DNA of 63,908 nucleotides, the filler included, from Barthelona sp. PAP020 (taxonomy: Eukaryota), in the NCBI GenBank assembly GCA_040182905.1. It is 5 parts of 5 records of this genome, joined end to end, with 100 filler letters (N's around TTAATTAATTAA, not from the genome) between each part and the next. Parts side by side here need not be neighbours in the genome. Positions count along the whole stretch, not along the records: positions 26,111 to 38,987 come from JARQWU010000337.1; positions 39,088 to 51,897 come from JARQWU010000338.1; 3 more parts are not named here. One strand, 5' to 3'. A model generated the notes under the pieces. The model had not been told where the DNA came from. It did no database searches and saw only the letters and a program-made list of their open reading frames with translations. This document shows, piece after piece, positions 30,476 through 40,678 of the stretch. Each line of letters starts with the position of its first letter. The stretch's first letter is position 1. The translations under genes and the position numbers were made by a program.

Positions 30476-31792
30476 ATGCCTGCTAGAAAGAGAACAGCAA
30501 CAAAACCAAAACACGAAGAAGAATTATTGGAAGATAATTTGGGTGAATATGAAGATCTTGCTTTTGAAGCTGAAAATGCCAGTGAATTAGAATCTGAGGA
30601 TGAAGATTTGCATGCTGCACAATCAATCAGTTTTCGAGACATGTATTTAAAATCTGAATTATTGACTGCAATTCAAGAAGCTGGTTTTGAACATCCTTCC
30701 CCTATTCAACAAGATGCTATACCTCAAGCTGTTGTTGGATCAGATCTTTTGTGTCAAGCAAAAGCTGGTACCGGAAAAACTGCTGTTTTTGTGTTCTCCA
30801 TGTTGAATTCCATTGAATTAGAAGATACTGAAAATCCTTTGACTCGTGGTATTGTTATTTGTCATACACGTGAATTGGCACATCAAGTAGCAAATGAATT
30901 TAAGCGTTTCAGCACTCATTTACCTCATTTGACTGTTGAAACTTTTTATGGTGGAGTTCCTTTCAGCCAAAACGAGGAAACTATCAAAACAAAGAACCCT
31001 GTCATTGTTGTTGGTACACCTGGTAGATTAAAAGAATTGGTTGAAAAAGAAGTTTTGGATTTAAGTCATATTACTCACTTTGTTTTAGATGAATGCGATC
31101 ATTTATTGGCTGAATTAAAGATCAGAAGAGATGTTCAACAAATTTTTTTGAAAACTCCACCAAATAAACAAGTTTGGATGTTCTCTGCAACAATTCCTGA
31201 AGAAGTCAAGGAAACTGCCAGACTATTTTTAAATAATCCTGTGGAAATTGCTGTTGATGATCCTCATAAGTTGGTATTGTATGGTATCACCCAATATAAA
31301 TGGAAAATGGAAAGAAAGCAAAAGTTTGATGCATTATTACAAATTTTGGATGGTTGTCAATACAATCAAATCATTATTTTTGTCAGATCTTTCCAAGTTG
31401 CCAGAAGTTTAACCAGAAGATTGATGAAGAAGAACCATACTGCATTAACCCTCCATTCAAGAATGCCACAACCTAAACGTATTGAAATTTTCCAAAAATT
31501 CAAAAATTTTGGTGAAAAAATATTAGTTGCAACAGATCTTATGGGAAGAGGTATTGATTTGGAGAATGTTAACATTGTTGTCAATTTTGATATGCCTAGA
31601 TCTGAAGATGAATACATGCACAGAGTTGGCAGAACTGGAAGATTCTCAACCGAGGGTACAACCGTTTCTTTCTTAGCTTCTGATGAAGATGTTGAATTAT
31701 TCAATAAAATCCAAGGTAGATTCAAATTTGAAGTTAATGAATGGGAAATGGAACTTCCTCCAATTGAAGAAGACAAGAAAGAAACCGATTAA
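30476..31792 (+). CDS. DDX39: DECD-box RNA helicase UAP56/Sub2
   Basis: GFEHPS, CQAK.GTGKT, CHTRELA, DECD, MFSAT, HRVGRTGR; ATG at 30476. Confidence 0.95.
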   Translation: MPARKRTATKPKHEEELLEDNLGEYEDLAFEAENASELESEDEDLHAAQSISFRDMYLKSELLTAIQEAGFEHPSPIQQDAIPQAVVGSDLLCQAKAGTGKTAVFVFSMLNSIELEDTENPLTRGIVICHTRELAHQVANEFKRFSTHLPHLTVETFYGGVPFSQNEETIKTKNPVIVVGTPGRLKELVEKEVLDLSHITHFVLDECDHLLAELKIRRDVQQIFLKTPPNKQVWMFSATIPEEVKETARLFLNNPVEIAVDDPHKLVLYGITQYKWKMERKQKFDALLQILDGCQYNQIIIFVRSFQVARSLTRRLMKKNHTALTLHSRMPQPKRIEIFQKFKNFGEKILVATDLMGRGIDLENVNIVVNFDMPRSEDEYMHRVGRTGRFSTEGTTVSFLASDEDVELFNKIQGRFKFEVNEWEMELPPIEEDKKETD

Positions 31793-32362
31793 GTGTTTTA
31801 TTATTGTTCATGAATATTTTGTTGGTAAATTATAGTGTCAGTCGTGTATAAATATGATTTGTTTTTCAGTTTGTTTAAATTTTTTGTTTTTTGTATTTTG
31901 TTGATTTCAGTTCTTTTTTGCAAAGCCTCTTTGGTTTTGCAATTGTTAAAAATAAATTGAAACACTCATTATTTCAAAAGAATAGAGGAAATAATTGTTT
32001 ATTTTGTCCGTTCTTCAATGATTTTATCTTTATTCCATTAAACTATTGTTTCGAAAATGAAATTGTGAAATAAATGAGAAAACAAATAAAAAACACAATT
32101 TTATAAACAATTTATTCTTGACAAAGGAGCATTTTATCACTTTGCAACATTTATAGAAAAGAAAACATTTATAGAAAAGAAAACATTTAAAAAACGTAAG
32201 AACAACTGTCACTTTATTCAAAAAGCAAAAAGCAAATCTTTTCACACAAAAAAAAGACAAAATCTTTCAAAAATACATACACACGTTAATATTTTTTCAA
32301 ATAAATTTCACAACTTTTACTGGCATTTACATTGAATTAACTTTGAATATGTTCAATCAAAG

Positions 32363-33430
32363 TCATGTTTCTTTTAAATATGAACCACAAAGACAACAAT
32401 AGTTTGCATATGCAGGGTTGTGAGGAAAATTGCAATCAATACACAATATTTCATTGTTATTTGTTTGAGGTTCACTGCATGATCGATATTTCTTAAGAAA
32501 ATTCTGAAACTCATTTTGTCCCACATCTCCATTATTGCTAGTATCATACTCTGTTGGTTGTTCAGCATTTGATGGGTAATTGTTGTTTGAATTGGGATTA
32601 ACCTCATCTAATGAGAAACTGACCCTCTTTACGGTTTCAAGAATATGTTCTCTTGCCTCTTCAACTTTTTTCATAGCTTTTTCAGCTGCCATTCCTGTGG
32701 GTAAGGCAATGATACCATAACCAACAACCATTAATGCGGTGGCCAAAATTTGACCTAAAACAGTATCTGGACTGATATCACCATACCCAACAGTAGTAAT
32801 TGTAACAACCGCCCAATAAACAGATCTAGGAATCGAGTCAAACTCATTATTAGAATTTGCCTCAATTACATACATGAAAGAACCTACTAATGTCGCTAAA
32901 GTCAATGTTAAAAAAATAAATACCAAAATTTTGGGTGTTGAAGCTCCAACAGATGATTTTAAGTATTTCAAAGCACTCCTAAATTGTCTGACTTTTAAAA
33001 CTCTAAAAACTCTTAATAAACGCAATGACCGTAACATAACCATATTTTGAACATTAGATTCAAAGAAGAAAGAGAGAAATCCTGGAAAAACTGAAATAAA
33101 ATCGATAATACCAAAAGTAGAAAATACATATTTTGTTGTTATAGGATGAACAATACATCTTAGACAATATTCAATTAAAAAAAAAGTGGTTAAAATCAAT
33201 TCAGAATAATGAAAAAATAGAGGATGTCCAATGGATGGTACAGATTCCATTGCAACCAAGATAATGTCTATTAAAATGGCAATTAATAAAATTATATCAA
33301 ATATTCGGCTTGCTGTGGTTCGAGTATGAAACAATACTTGATACAACCATTGTCTCAAATGACTTTTGATTCTAAATTCTGTATCTGAATCGGTATCAGA
33401 TGAAGATACATTCTCATAGTCAAATGTCAT
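32363..33430 (-). CDS. 6-TM voltage-gated K+ channel, prokaryote-like, with C-terminal Cys ribbon
   Basis: S4 RSLRLLRVFRVLK, filter TTVGYGD, C-terminal CIDC...YCCLCG. Confidence 0.93.
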   Translation of the reverse strand: MTFDYENVSSSDTDSDTEFRIKSHLRQWLYQVLFHTRTTASRIFDIILLIAILIDIILVAMESVPSIGHPLFFHYSELILTTFFLIEYCLRCIVHPITTKYVFSTFGIIDFISVFPGFLSFFFESNVQNMVMLRSLRLLRVFRVLKVRQFRSALKYLKSSVGASTPKILVFIFLTLTLATLVGSFMYVIEANSNNEFDSIPRSVYWAVVTITTVGYGDISPDTVLGQILATALMVVGYGIIALPTGMAAEKAMKKVEEAREHILETVKRVSFSLDEVNPNSNNNYPSNAEQPTEYDTSNNGDVGQNEFQNFLKKYRSCSEPQTNNNEILCIDCNFPHNPAYANYCCLCGSYLKET

Positions 33431-33603
33431 GAAAGTATTTTGGTTTTTGAAAAAATATGATTATGGAACAATTTTTGAAATTATTCGTTGAGGGTCAAAG
33501 GAAAGGAAAAATTTTCCATAATTTAAAAATAACTAAGCATTAAACTAAACAAACAAAACTTTAAACATTCAAAGAATGAGCCTCCAAAAAAAAAGTTCCG
33601 CAT

Positions 33604-36600
33604 TTATTTTCGGTAACGCCTGTTACCTCTGTTCCCTCCATTATTTCTGCCACTATTTCTATATCTACCTCTTTGTTGAAAGTTTTTCTTTTTGGAAGCT
33701 TTATTTTGATCTCTCAGCTCTCTCTCAATCTTTCTCTTTTCCAAAACTTCTTCTTTTCTTCTTTCTTTTTTAGCCACTCTTGTTGATTCTTTTTCTTGAC
33801 TTAACAAATCATCAATTAAAGATTTAGTTGCACTGTTTCTTTGAGGTGATTTTTTCATTTTCCTGTTGTCTGATGCCATTCGTCGTGTACCTGGACGAGG
33901 AACCCTGTCATTTGAATAACCCTTGTCAAAGGACAAACCATTCATATCATTATTGTCTTGAATATTTTGCTGCCAATAATTATTTGGAGTTTGCTTGTTC
34001 TTTGACTGAAAATTGAAATTATTTTGACGACGGTTTTCCTTGAAAAAGTGTCTGTCTTCCTTTTTTTCGTGGTAATTGTGAAAATTTTGATTTTGCAGTT
34101 GACCACCATCTGAAAACTTTTCCATTTGTGGATTATCACTTTTTTTATTTTGGTTATAGTAATTAGAGTGGTTGTCATTGGAATAGTTCCAATTGTTACC
34201 ACTATCATAGCTCGTATTGTCATTGAAATTGTTCCACTTGTTATCATTGTCATACCTCTTGTTGCCTTTGGAATTATTCCACTTGTTTCCACTGTCATAC
34301 TTTTTATTGTCATTGGAATAGTTCCACTTGTTTCCACTGTCATACTTTTTATTGTCATTGGAATAGTTCCATTTGTTATCACTGCCATACTTTTTATTGT
34401 CATTGGAATAGTTCCAATTGTTGCCACTATCATACTTTTTATTGTCATTGAAATTGTTCCACTTGTTATCATTGTTATACCTCTTGTTGCCTTTGGAATT
34501 GTTCCACTTGTTACCACTATCTTCCTGGTTGTCATAGTGGTTGTTGTCATAAGCATTGTTCCACTGTTTTTGATCAAAATTGGAGAAAACATCCTTTTTT
34601 AAATTTTCATTTGGATTAGCATCAAGAATTTTATTGTTCCAATTCATTTTTTCAGAAAATTCACCAAGGTGAGTATCGTTAAAGTTTTGTTGATCTCTAA
34701 AATTACTCTTAAAATGATGAGTGTTTTTCCCGTTTCTCCAAGTTTTTTGTTTTTTCTCATATTTTGGTTGAATTTTTTTTGAATATCTTTCATCTTCATT
34801 TCTATTGAATTCTTTGTCAAAAAATATATCTTCACTTCTTCTATATGCCAACGAATTCTTTTTATCAACGTGATCAAAACCAACTTCACGAGAAAAATGT
34901 TTGTTCTTTTGATACTCATTGAAATTATTGCCATAATCAGTTTTATCACTTTTGGTGGGGTTAGAATCAGCAATTAACACAGGAACGCTTTCTTTCCAAT
35001 GATATTCTTTATCTTTTTCAAAATCCAGTTCAGATTTCTCATTTGCTTTGATATCAGATGGGATCTTTGAACCCGCAGAAATATCTCGAGCAAATTTCTG
35101 TCGATCTTCTTTTGATAAAGCAGGAATGATGGGTCTATCGGTTCCCGTTAAAATATATCCTGCAAAATTATACCCAAATGGATAACTGGGATTCTGAAAG
35201 AGACAACTAACAACATTTGAAAATGATTTTGCTTCAAAATAAAATAGATCAACATTATATAAGGTTCTATAAGTCAATTCCAAATTTAAAGGTGAAAATT
35301 CAGTATTTTTAGGGTCAAAACATGTATCTTTTCTAATACTACCAAACAGTTGATATTCTTCTCCTTGTTTAAATGATAACCATTCCTTTGTATCAGTATT
35401 TTTCAAATATTCACTATAATTGAAAATGTGAAGAGATTCACTTTCAAAATTCAAAGTTTTGAGAATAAAATCATGTAAAGAATGTTTTGTAATCACAAAT
35501 AATTGATCAACTCCAAAACAATTTCTTATTTCATCATCGTTAAAATTTAAATCTTTCAAATTTTCATCAATAACACTTTTGGGAATGAAAGGTAATAAAC
35601 AGATACCTTTGTCAATTGAATCTTGATCATTCAAATCAATTTTAAAATTATGAATTGGAAAATATGATTTCAATGTCCTTTTATCATCACAAATGATATT
35701 TTGCAAAACTTTTGGAAATATTTTTAAATTTTCTTGGGTTTTTGGAATCATCATTAACATTTGTTCAAAAGGTTTCAAAGGATCATCAGCAAACAGACAA
35801 CGAATACTTTTTTCATTGTTTAAACATTTTTTGGGTGTTTTCAAACATTTTTTCATGTTTTCCATTTCTAGTGATAAATTAACATTGAAAAAGGCATAAA
35901 TTTTCTTTTTATGAATATATTGCATCAAACATAAATCTCCAATCATTGGAGCATAATGAAATGGATAAAACCAATTCCATGAATGACAACCTCTTGTAAA
36001 ATACAAAAAAGTCCAAACAAGTCCTTCACAATAAGTTTGTATCACATCTAAAAATTGGGGTTTGTATCCAAAAGTAATTATTTGTTCGGATCTTCCAAAA
36101 TTCATGTGACTAAAGATTCTTCCGAGATTTTTTGAAGTAACCGCACCTTCTTTACTTTCTCCTTTACTCAACAATATCTCCATCTTATGATTATAATAAC
36201 GTTCTTTATATCCATCAAGATGATAATTGATATTATTTTCCGCAAAAGTATGTTCACTTACTTCAGTGTCAACACCATTGATTTGAATCACCTTTGTTTT
36301 AACAAATTCAATTGAATCAGCACCAACAATAAAATTATTCTCTTTTTGTTTGACTTTTTCAGTAATACCTTTCAATAACTCTTTGTTTTTGGTTTGAATA
36401 GTATCAACATTATTTTCATCAGTGTCTTTTGTAAGATTTTCAATTTTTTGAAGTTGAATTATGCTGCTATCATCTAATTCAAATCGTTTTTGCTTTTCAA
36501 ACCTTTTCTTAAACACTTTCTTAGGATCCTTTTTGGAAACATGTTCTAATAAAAGACCAATTCTTTCAAAATTTAATATTCCTCTTTCAGTCAAATAACC

Positions 36601-37797
36601 TTTCAATTCAGGTAAAATTGAAAGATAAGAATTCACAAATTTATTGATAGCTCCATGGGATATATCCATTGAAGGTAAATGTGGAAGATAATCATTGTCT
36701 ATGAACAGACAAATAAAAACAAAATCATCAATTAATCTTTCTAAATCATATTTGTTGCCTAATCTAGTTCTTAAATTGAATAAATTTCCAAAATATTGAT
36801 CAAAATATTCTCTTAAAACTTTGATATTCAAAAATTGATATTTTATATCAAAATTTGGAAAAAGTTTTGAAAGTTTTTGTAAATTTTCATTGGTTTTTTT
36901 TCTTGCTCCACAAAGATCTTCACGCAAAATATGAATATTTTGCTCATGCACACACAATGATAACAAAACCATATCTGAATCAGGACAATAAATGCAATGT
37001 TTCAAATTAGGATCATATAACCCTTTACGAACATCACTAATTTCATTCGTTGATAAAATATCCTTTGATCGAATATTACATTCAAATGAATAATTCATAG
37101 CTCTTTGACTTCGAATAAAGTCCATGATTTTATGTTCCCCTTCTCCAGGTTTAGATATATCAGACAATATTACTTTAATTTCTTTCCAACTTTCATCCTT
37201 TTCTAATTTAATTCGAACATACCATTTTAAAGCATTTGATAATTTTTCCATGAATTCAGTTCCAGCAATAAAAATATCGCTATCCATCTCCAAATAACTT
37301 GTGAAACCCTCATAGTCTTTTTGATTTTTATCTATTCCATTTTTTTTTGTTATTGCTTCTTTAAATTCTTTTGAATCAATGACTAAATTTAATTCTTTGG
37401 CTAATTTTTGTTGATTAATACGCTTCTGTTGAGCTAATTTATATATGTGACTACGTTTTTGATTCAATTTTGCAACTGGAATAACACCATCAAAAGCTAA
37501 ATATACTAAATTTCTTGGTCTAACAATACTAAAAATTCTATCAATAAAATGAAATACGTTTAAGTAAAAATCATTCCAAGTTTTTGGTTGTTGAAGATTT
37601 TCAGGATGAAGACAAGGTTCAATTAATTCGTTAATATCTATATATAAGTTGTCAAATTCAAAACCATTTGGATTGGGTATAATATTATTGATAGGTATAA
37701 CAACTTCATCATTAACATCGGGTTCGATTTCCACACAACCACTCAATGCTTTAGGGAATTTTTTTGATAACCATCGATAAAATGAAGGATTTCCCAT
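33604..37797 (-). CDS. XRN-family 5'-3' exoribonuclease (XRN2-like), divergent, with Asn-rich repeat tail
   Basis: MG.PSFYRWL.KKFP, NPNGFEFDNLY.D.N, PGEGEHKIMDFIR.QR, NDYLPHLP, SWNWFYPFHYAP. Confidence 0.93.
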   Translation of the reverse strand: MGNPSFYRWLSKKFPKALSGCVEIEPDVNDEVVIPINNIIPNPNGFEFDNLYIDINELIEPCLHPENLQQPKTWNDFYLNVFHFIDRIFSIVRPRNLVYLAFDGVIPVAKLNQKRSHIYKLAQQKRINQQKLAKELNLVIDSKEFKEAITKKNGIDKNQKDYEGFTSYLEMDSDIFIAGTEFMEKLSNALKWYVRIKLEKDESWKEIKVILSDISKPGEGEHKIMDFIRSQRAMNYSFECNIRSKDILSTNEISDVRKGLYDPNLKHCIYCPDSDMVLLSLCVHEQNIHILREDLCGARKKTNENLQKLSKLFPNFDIKYQFLNIKVLREYFDQYFGNLFNLRTRLGNKYDLERLIDDFVFICLFIDNDYLPHLPSMDISHGAINKFVNSYLSILPELKGYLTERGILNFERIGLLLEHVSKKDPKKVFKKRFEKQKRFELDDSSIIQLQKIENLTKDTDENNVDTIQTKNKELLKGITEKVKQKENNFIVGADSIEFVKTKVIQINGVDTEVSEHTFAENNINYHLDGYKERYYNHKMEILLSKGESKEGAVTSKNLGRIFSHMNFGRSEQIITFGYKPQFLDVIQTYCEGLVWTFLYFTRGCHSWNWFYPFHYAPMIGDLCLMQYIHKKKIYAFFNVNLSLEMENMKKCLKTPKKCLNNEKSIRCLFADDPLKPFEQMLMMIPKTQENLKIFPKVLQNIICDDKRTLKSYFPIHNFKIDLNDQDSIDKGICLLPFIPKSVIDENLKDLNFNDDEIRNCFGVDQLFVITKHSLHDFILKTLNFESESLHIFNYSEYLKNTDTKEWLSFKQGEEYQLFGSIRKDTCFDPKNTEFSPLNLELTYRTLYNVDLFYFEAKSFSNVVSCLFQNPSYPFGYNFAGYILTGTDRPIIPALSKEDRQKFARDISAGSKIPSDIKANEKSELDFEKDKEYHWKESVPVLIADSNPTKSDKTDYGNNFNEYQKNKHFSREVGFDHVDKKNSLAYRRSEDIFFDKEFNRNEDERYSKKIQPKYEKKQKTWRNGKNTHHFKSNFRDQQNFNDTHLGEFSEKMNWNNKILDANPNENLKKDVFSNFDQKQWNNAYDNNHYDNQEDSGNKWNNSKGNKRYNNDNKWNNFNDNKKYDSGNNWNYSNDNKKYGSDNKWNYSNDNKKYDSGNKWNYSNDNKKYDSGNKWNNSKGNKRYDNDNKWNNFNDNTSYDSGNNWNYSNDNHSNYYNQNKKSDNPQMEKFSDGGQLQNQNFHNYHEKKEDRHFFKENRRQNNFNFQSKNKQTPNNYWQQNIQDNNDMNGLSFDKGYSNDRVPRPGTRRMASDNRKMKKSPQRNSATKSLIDDLLSQEKESTRVAKKERRKEEVLEKRKIERELRDQNKASKKKNFQQRGRYRNSGRNNGGNRGNRRYRK
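34162..34521 (-). repeat. Coding tandem repeat, 45 bp / 15 aa x 8 (DSGNKWNYSNDNKKY-like)
   Basis: Unit visible directly, e.g. gttccacttgtttccactgtcatactttttattgtcattggaata. Confidence 0.95.
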
Positions 37798-37908
37798 TGA
37801 TATTAAAGATTTTCAGACCAAAAAAAAATTGGAATTATCTTTCATTTTTTCAAATTCATATTTCAATCATTTTGATATTATTTATTTTTGAATTATGGTC
37901 CATTTAAA

Positions 37909-38742
37909 ATGAATGACATTATGTTAAGTAATAATTATCTCGATTCACCAATTGTTCTTGAAGAATTTGAACATGATGAAGATTTTTATGCAAGGAAAAT
38001 CCAAAAAGTTTGGCAAAGCTTTTTAGATAAGGAAATTTTTCGTTTTTACAAAGATTTGATAGTATTCAAAGAAGGAGGTGATCCTTTAACATTAATGAAG
38101 ATAATAAATCCAAGAGAGGCGTTACTTTTAGATAGAGCTAGTCAACATAAAATTCAATTTCGTTTGGGAGGAACAACATTTCCTCCTTCAATTTATTATA
38201 AAGTTACAATTAATTCTTCTGTATGTGATGTCAATGATTTTGCGCCTCGAGATTATGCTAATATTAATAAAGATCCCAATGCTGATCCTGAACAAGGATG
38301 GTATGAAAGAACTGGTATTGCTGGTTGGAAGAAAGTAAATTCATCACTTTTGACTCAGTATATTGGTTTCTTAGGTTTGAACAATCCCTTTATTCCACTT
38401 GAAAAGCCTGTAGAAAAAACATACACATATAAAAAAAAAATTTTATCAAATGAAGAAAAAAAGAAAAGATTCATGCAAAAAAAAAGGGGTGAATGGTTTG
38501 CAAAAATGCTCGAAAAAACTTCAAATGCTCCATCTGTCAAAGATGATGACGTGTCCATGGAAGAAGAAGAAGAATTGATTAATTGGGCTGAAACCCTTGA
38601 CTTCGATTCATATGCGTTGGATTGGACCAATTTGGGTTCTTCTTTGCCAATGGGATATGATTTACTTCCTGATCATGTTTTGGAACAGTTTTTATCTGAA
38701 GATGAAGAAAATGAAGAAGATGACGTTTATGATGACCTTTAA
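37909..38742 (+). CDS. C11orf65/MFI-family protein with IQ-like motif
   Basis: ARKIQKVW, GDP...K.INPREA.LLD.A....FRLGG..FPP.IYYK. Confidence 0.8.
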   Translation: MNDIMLSNNYLDSPIVLEEFEHDEDFYARKIQKVWQSFLDKEIFRFYKDLIVFKEGGDPLTLMKIINPREALLLDRASQHKIQFRLGGTTFPPSIYYKVTINSSVCDVNDFAPRDYANINKDPNADPEQGWYERTGIAGWKKVNSSLLTQYIGFLGLNNPFIPLEKPVEKTYTYKKKILSNEEKKKRFMQKKRGEWFAKMLEKTSNAPSVKDDDVSMEEEEELINWAETLDFDSYALDWTNLGSSLPMGYDLLPDHVLEQFLSEDEENEEDDVYDDL

Positions 38743-38923
38743 TTTCTGTTTCTTTTTGTTTTTTGTTCCTTGTAAAATATTTTTTGATTTATTGTTTCAA
38801 TTGCAAATGTTCAAGGCTTAAGTTTCAGATTTATGTGTTCTAAACTTTAAAAGAATAAAGTTGATGTTAATGAAATAATTGTCACAAAAATTAATGTGAA
38901 CAAAAAAGGGATAAAAGAATTTT

Positions 38924-38987
38924 ATGTCACACATGTTGAATATTAATGGGTGTGATGACCCGAACTATCGTTACAAGATGCCTGCGG
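38924..38987 (+). CDS. EIF5: eIF5 5' fragment (copy 2, truncated by contig edge)
   Basis: MSHMLNINGCDDPNYRYKMPA; identical to copy 1 in inverted orientation. Confidence 0.8.
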
Positions 38988-39087
38988 NNNNNNNNNNNNN
39001 NNNNNNNNNNNNNNNNNNNNNNNNNNNNNNNTTAATTAATTAANNNNNNNNNNNNNNNNNNNNNNNNNNNNNNNNNNNNNNNNNNNN
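38988..39087. other. Artificial contig spacer
   Basis: N run with TTAATTAATTAA. Confidence 0.98.
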
Positions 39088-39147
39088 GGCTGAGTTCAAT
39101 GAATCCCCCAATTTACTGTCACAACAAAATTCCCACAACTTATCCAT
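39088..39147 (-). CDS. 5' fragment, possibly TFIIA gamma subunit (truncated)
   Basis: MDKLWEFCCDSKLGDSLNSA resembles the TFIIA-gamma start YELYR.S..G.SL..AL; only 20 codons visible. Confidence 0.35.
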
Positions 39148-39259
39148 AAGCAATGAAATGAAACAATTTTGCAACTCCTTGTTTGGTAAAATGTGATTTT
39201 GAATGTGATGATAAAAATAGTTGACACAATTTTTTTTTCTACCTTTTTACATTCAAAAT

Positions 39260-39982
39260 ATGGGGAAACTGGATGATGAAAATGACGATGCTGTTGTACA
39301 GAAAAGATTTAAAATCATAATAATTGGAGATGGTGCAGTTGGTATGAATTCAAAATTTTGATTTATTTCTCTAATATATATAGGTAAAACATCAATAATA
39401 GCACGTTATACACATGATTATTTTGCAAATACTTATTCTCAAACCATTGGATTAGATTTTCTTTCTCACACCGTTCAATTGGATGAAAATACCAGTGCTA
39501 TGTTATATATATGGGATATTGGTGGACAATCTATTAGTTCTCCCATGATTAAAACATATATGAAGGGTTGTCATGCGGTTTTGTTAACTTACGATATCAC
39601 AAATTTGAATTCTTTTCATAACTTGGACGATTGGTTGAATATTGTGAAAGAATGCTTTGATCCAAATTCAATGCCCAAATTATATTTGGTTGGAAATAAA
39701 TCTGATTTGAGACACATGAGGGCTGTGAGTTCCACTGCTCATCAAAAATTCAAATCATTAAACAAAATGTCCGATTATTTTGTTTCTGCGAAATCCAACG
39801 ATAATATTCGTTCTTTGTTCTTCACTGTTGCTGCTCAACTTTCCGGTATTCGTTTGACGGGTAATGAACCTGAATTACAAAACATTGTCAACACTGCTGA
39901 GATTATTGAACATCCAAATGAAATACCTACAAATAACCAAAATTCTCAACCTGCTAAAGAAGGATTTTGCTCTTCTCAATGA
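39260..39982 (+). CDS. RAB28: Rab28 GTPase; 42-nt intron at 39342-39383
   Basis: Spliced P-loop GDGAVGKTS, QTIGLDF, Rab28-type WDIGGQSI.S.M...Y, NKSD, C-terminal CaaX CSSQ. Confidence 0.9.
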
Positions 39983-40160
39983 TAAAGCATGTATATATTT
40001 TTTTTCCTTTGATGGTCACTTCTTTGTGCTTTTTTTAAACAAGATAAACACAAAAATTTATTTTATTATGATTGAAATTGATGAAAGAATATTCACTGTT
40101 TTTTTTTTTTAAATTTGACTGTATGTTAGTGAAAATTTTTTTTAAAAGATGTAAAAAAAT

Positions 40161-40251
40161 GTGATCTCAGATGGTGTTCTCATCATTGGGTCGAAAAGTA
40201 AAGAGTCAATTCAACATAAGAAGCAGAACAATAGTTATCCTCATTGAACAC
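40161..40251 (-). ncRNA. Candidate box C/D snoRNA (snR61/U38-like guide)
   Basis: Terminal stem GTGTTC/GATCAC, box C TGAGGA, guide GTTCTGCTT before D' CTTA, C' TGATGA, D CTGA; guide complementary to conserved LSU rRNA AAGCAGAAC. Confidence 0.65.
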
Positions 40252-40678
40252 AATAAAAGTACACGCAATAAACAATACAAGTTGAAGAAAACTTAATCAT
40301 AAAAAATGAAATTGGAAATAATAAAGTTTCCAAAAGAATAAAAGTTTTGAAAAGAAAAAAATTGTCAAAGTTGTCACAGTTGTCACAGTTCGTTTCTACT
40401 TTCAAAAGATAATTCAATATATAATTACAAATGACACTAAATGTGTTTTCATCAGATTGTTATTCTATTTTGAGTGTTTATTGAAAATGAAAAATTGTAT
40501 CAAAATGAATGTCTCCACAAACAAAACAAAAAACAAAACCAATAAAACTCTTTATAAGAATTAATTTTTGAACCAAATGTGTTGTTTCAACTCTTGAAAC
40601 TACTGGGGCTAAATTTTTACCAATCAAATCAAAAGATAATATCACTAAATAAATCTAATATACAAAAATATAAACACT

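Noticed and set aside
34162..34521. CRISPR-like array; overlapping ORFs 33942-34592 and 34126-34602
   Set aside because: There are no unique spacers; it is a coding minisatellite whose alternative frames happen to be open.
14459..37797. Apparent RNA-end-processing cluster (triphosphatase, HAD, Rpp20, UAP56, XRN)
   Set aside because: It spans an artificial contig junction and the genes are interspersed with unrelated ones; no evidence of a linked system.
26111..38987. 12.9-kb element with terminal inverted repeats (Polinton or large transposon)
   Set aside because: The repeats encode the eIF5 start and the interior holds housekeeping genes, with no integrase, polymerase or capsid.
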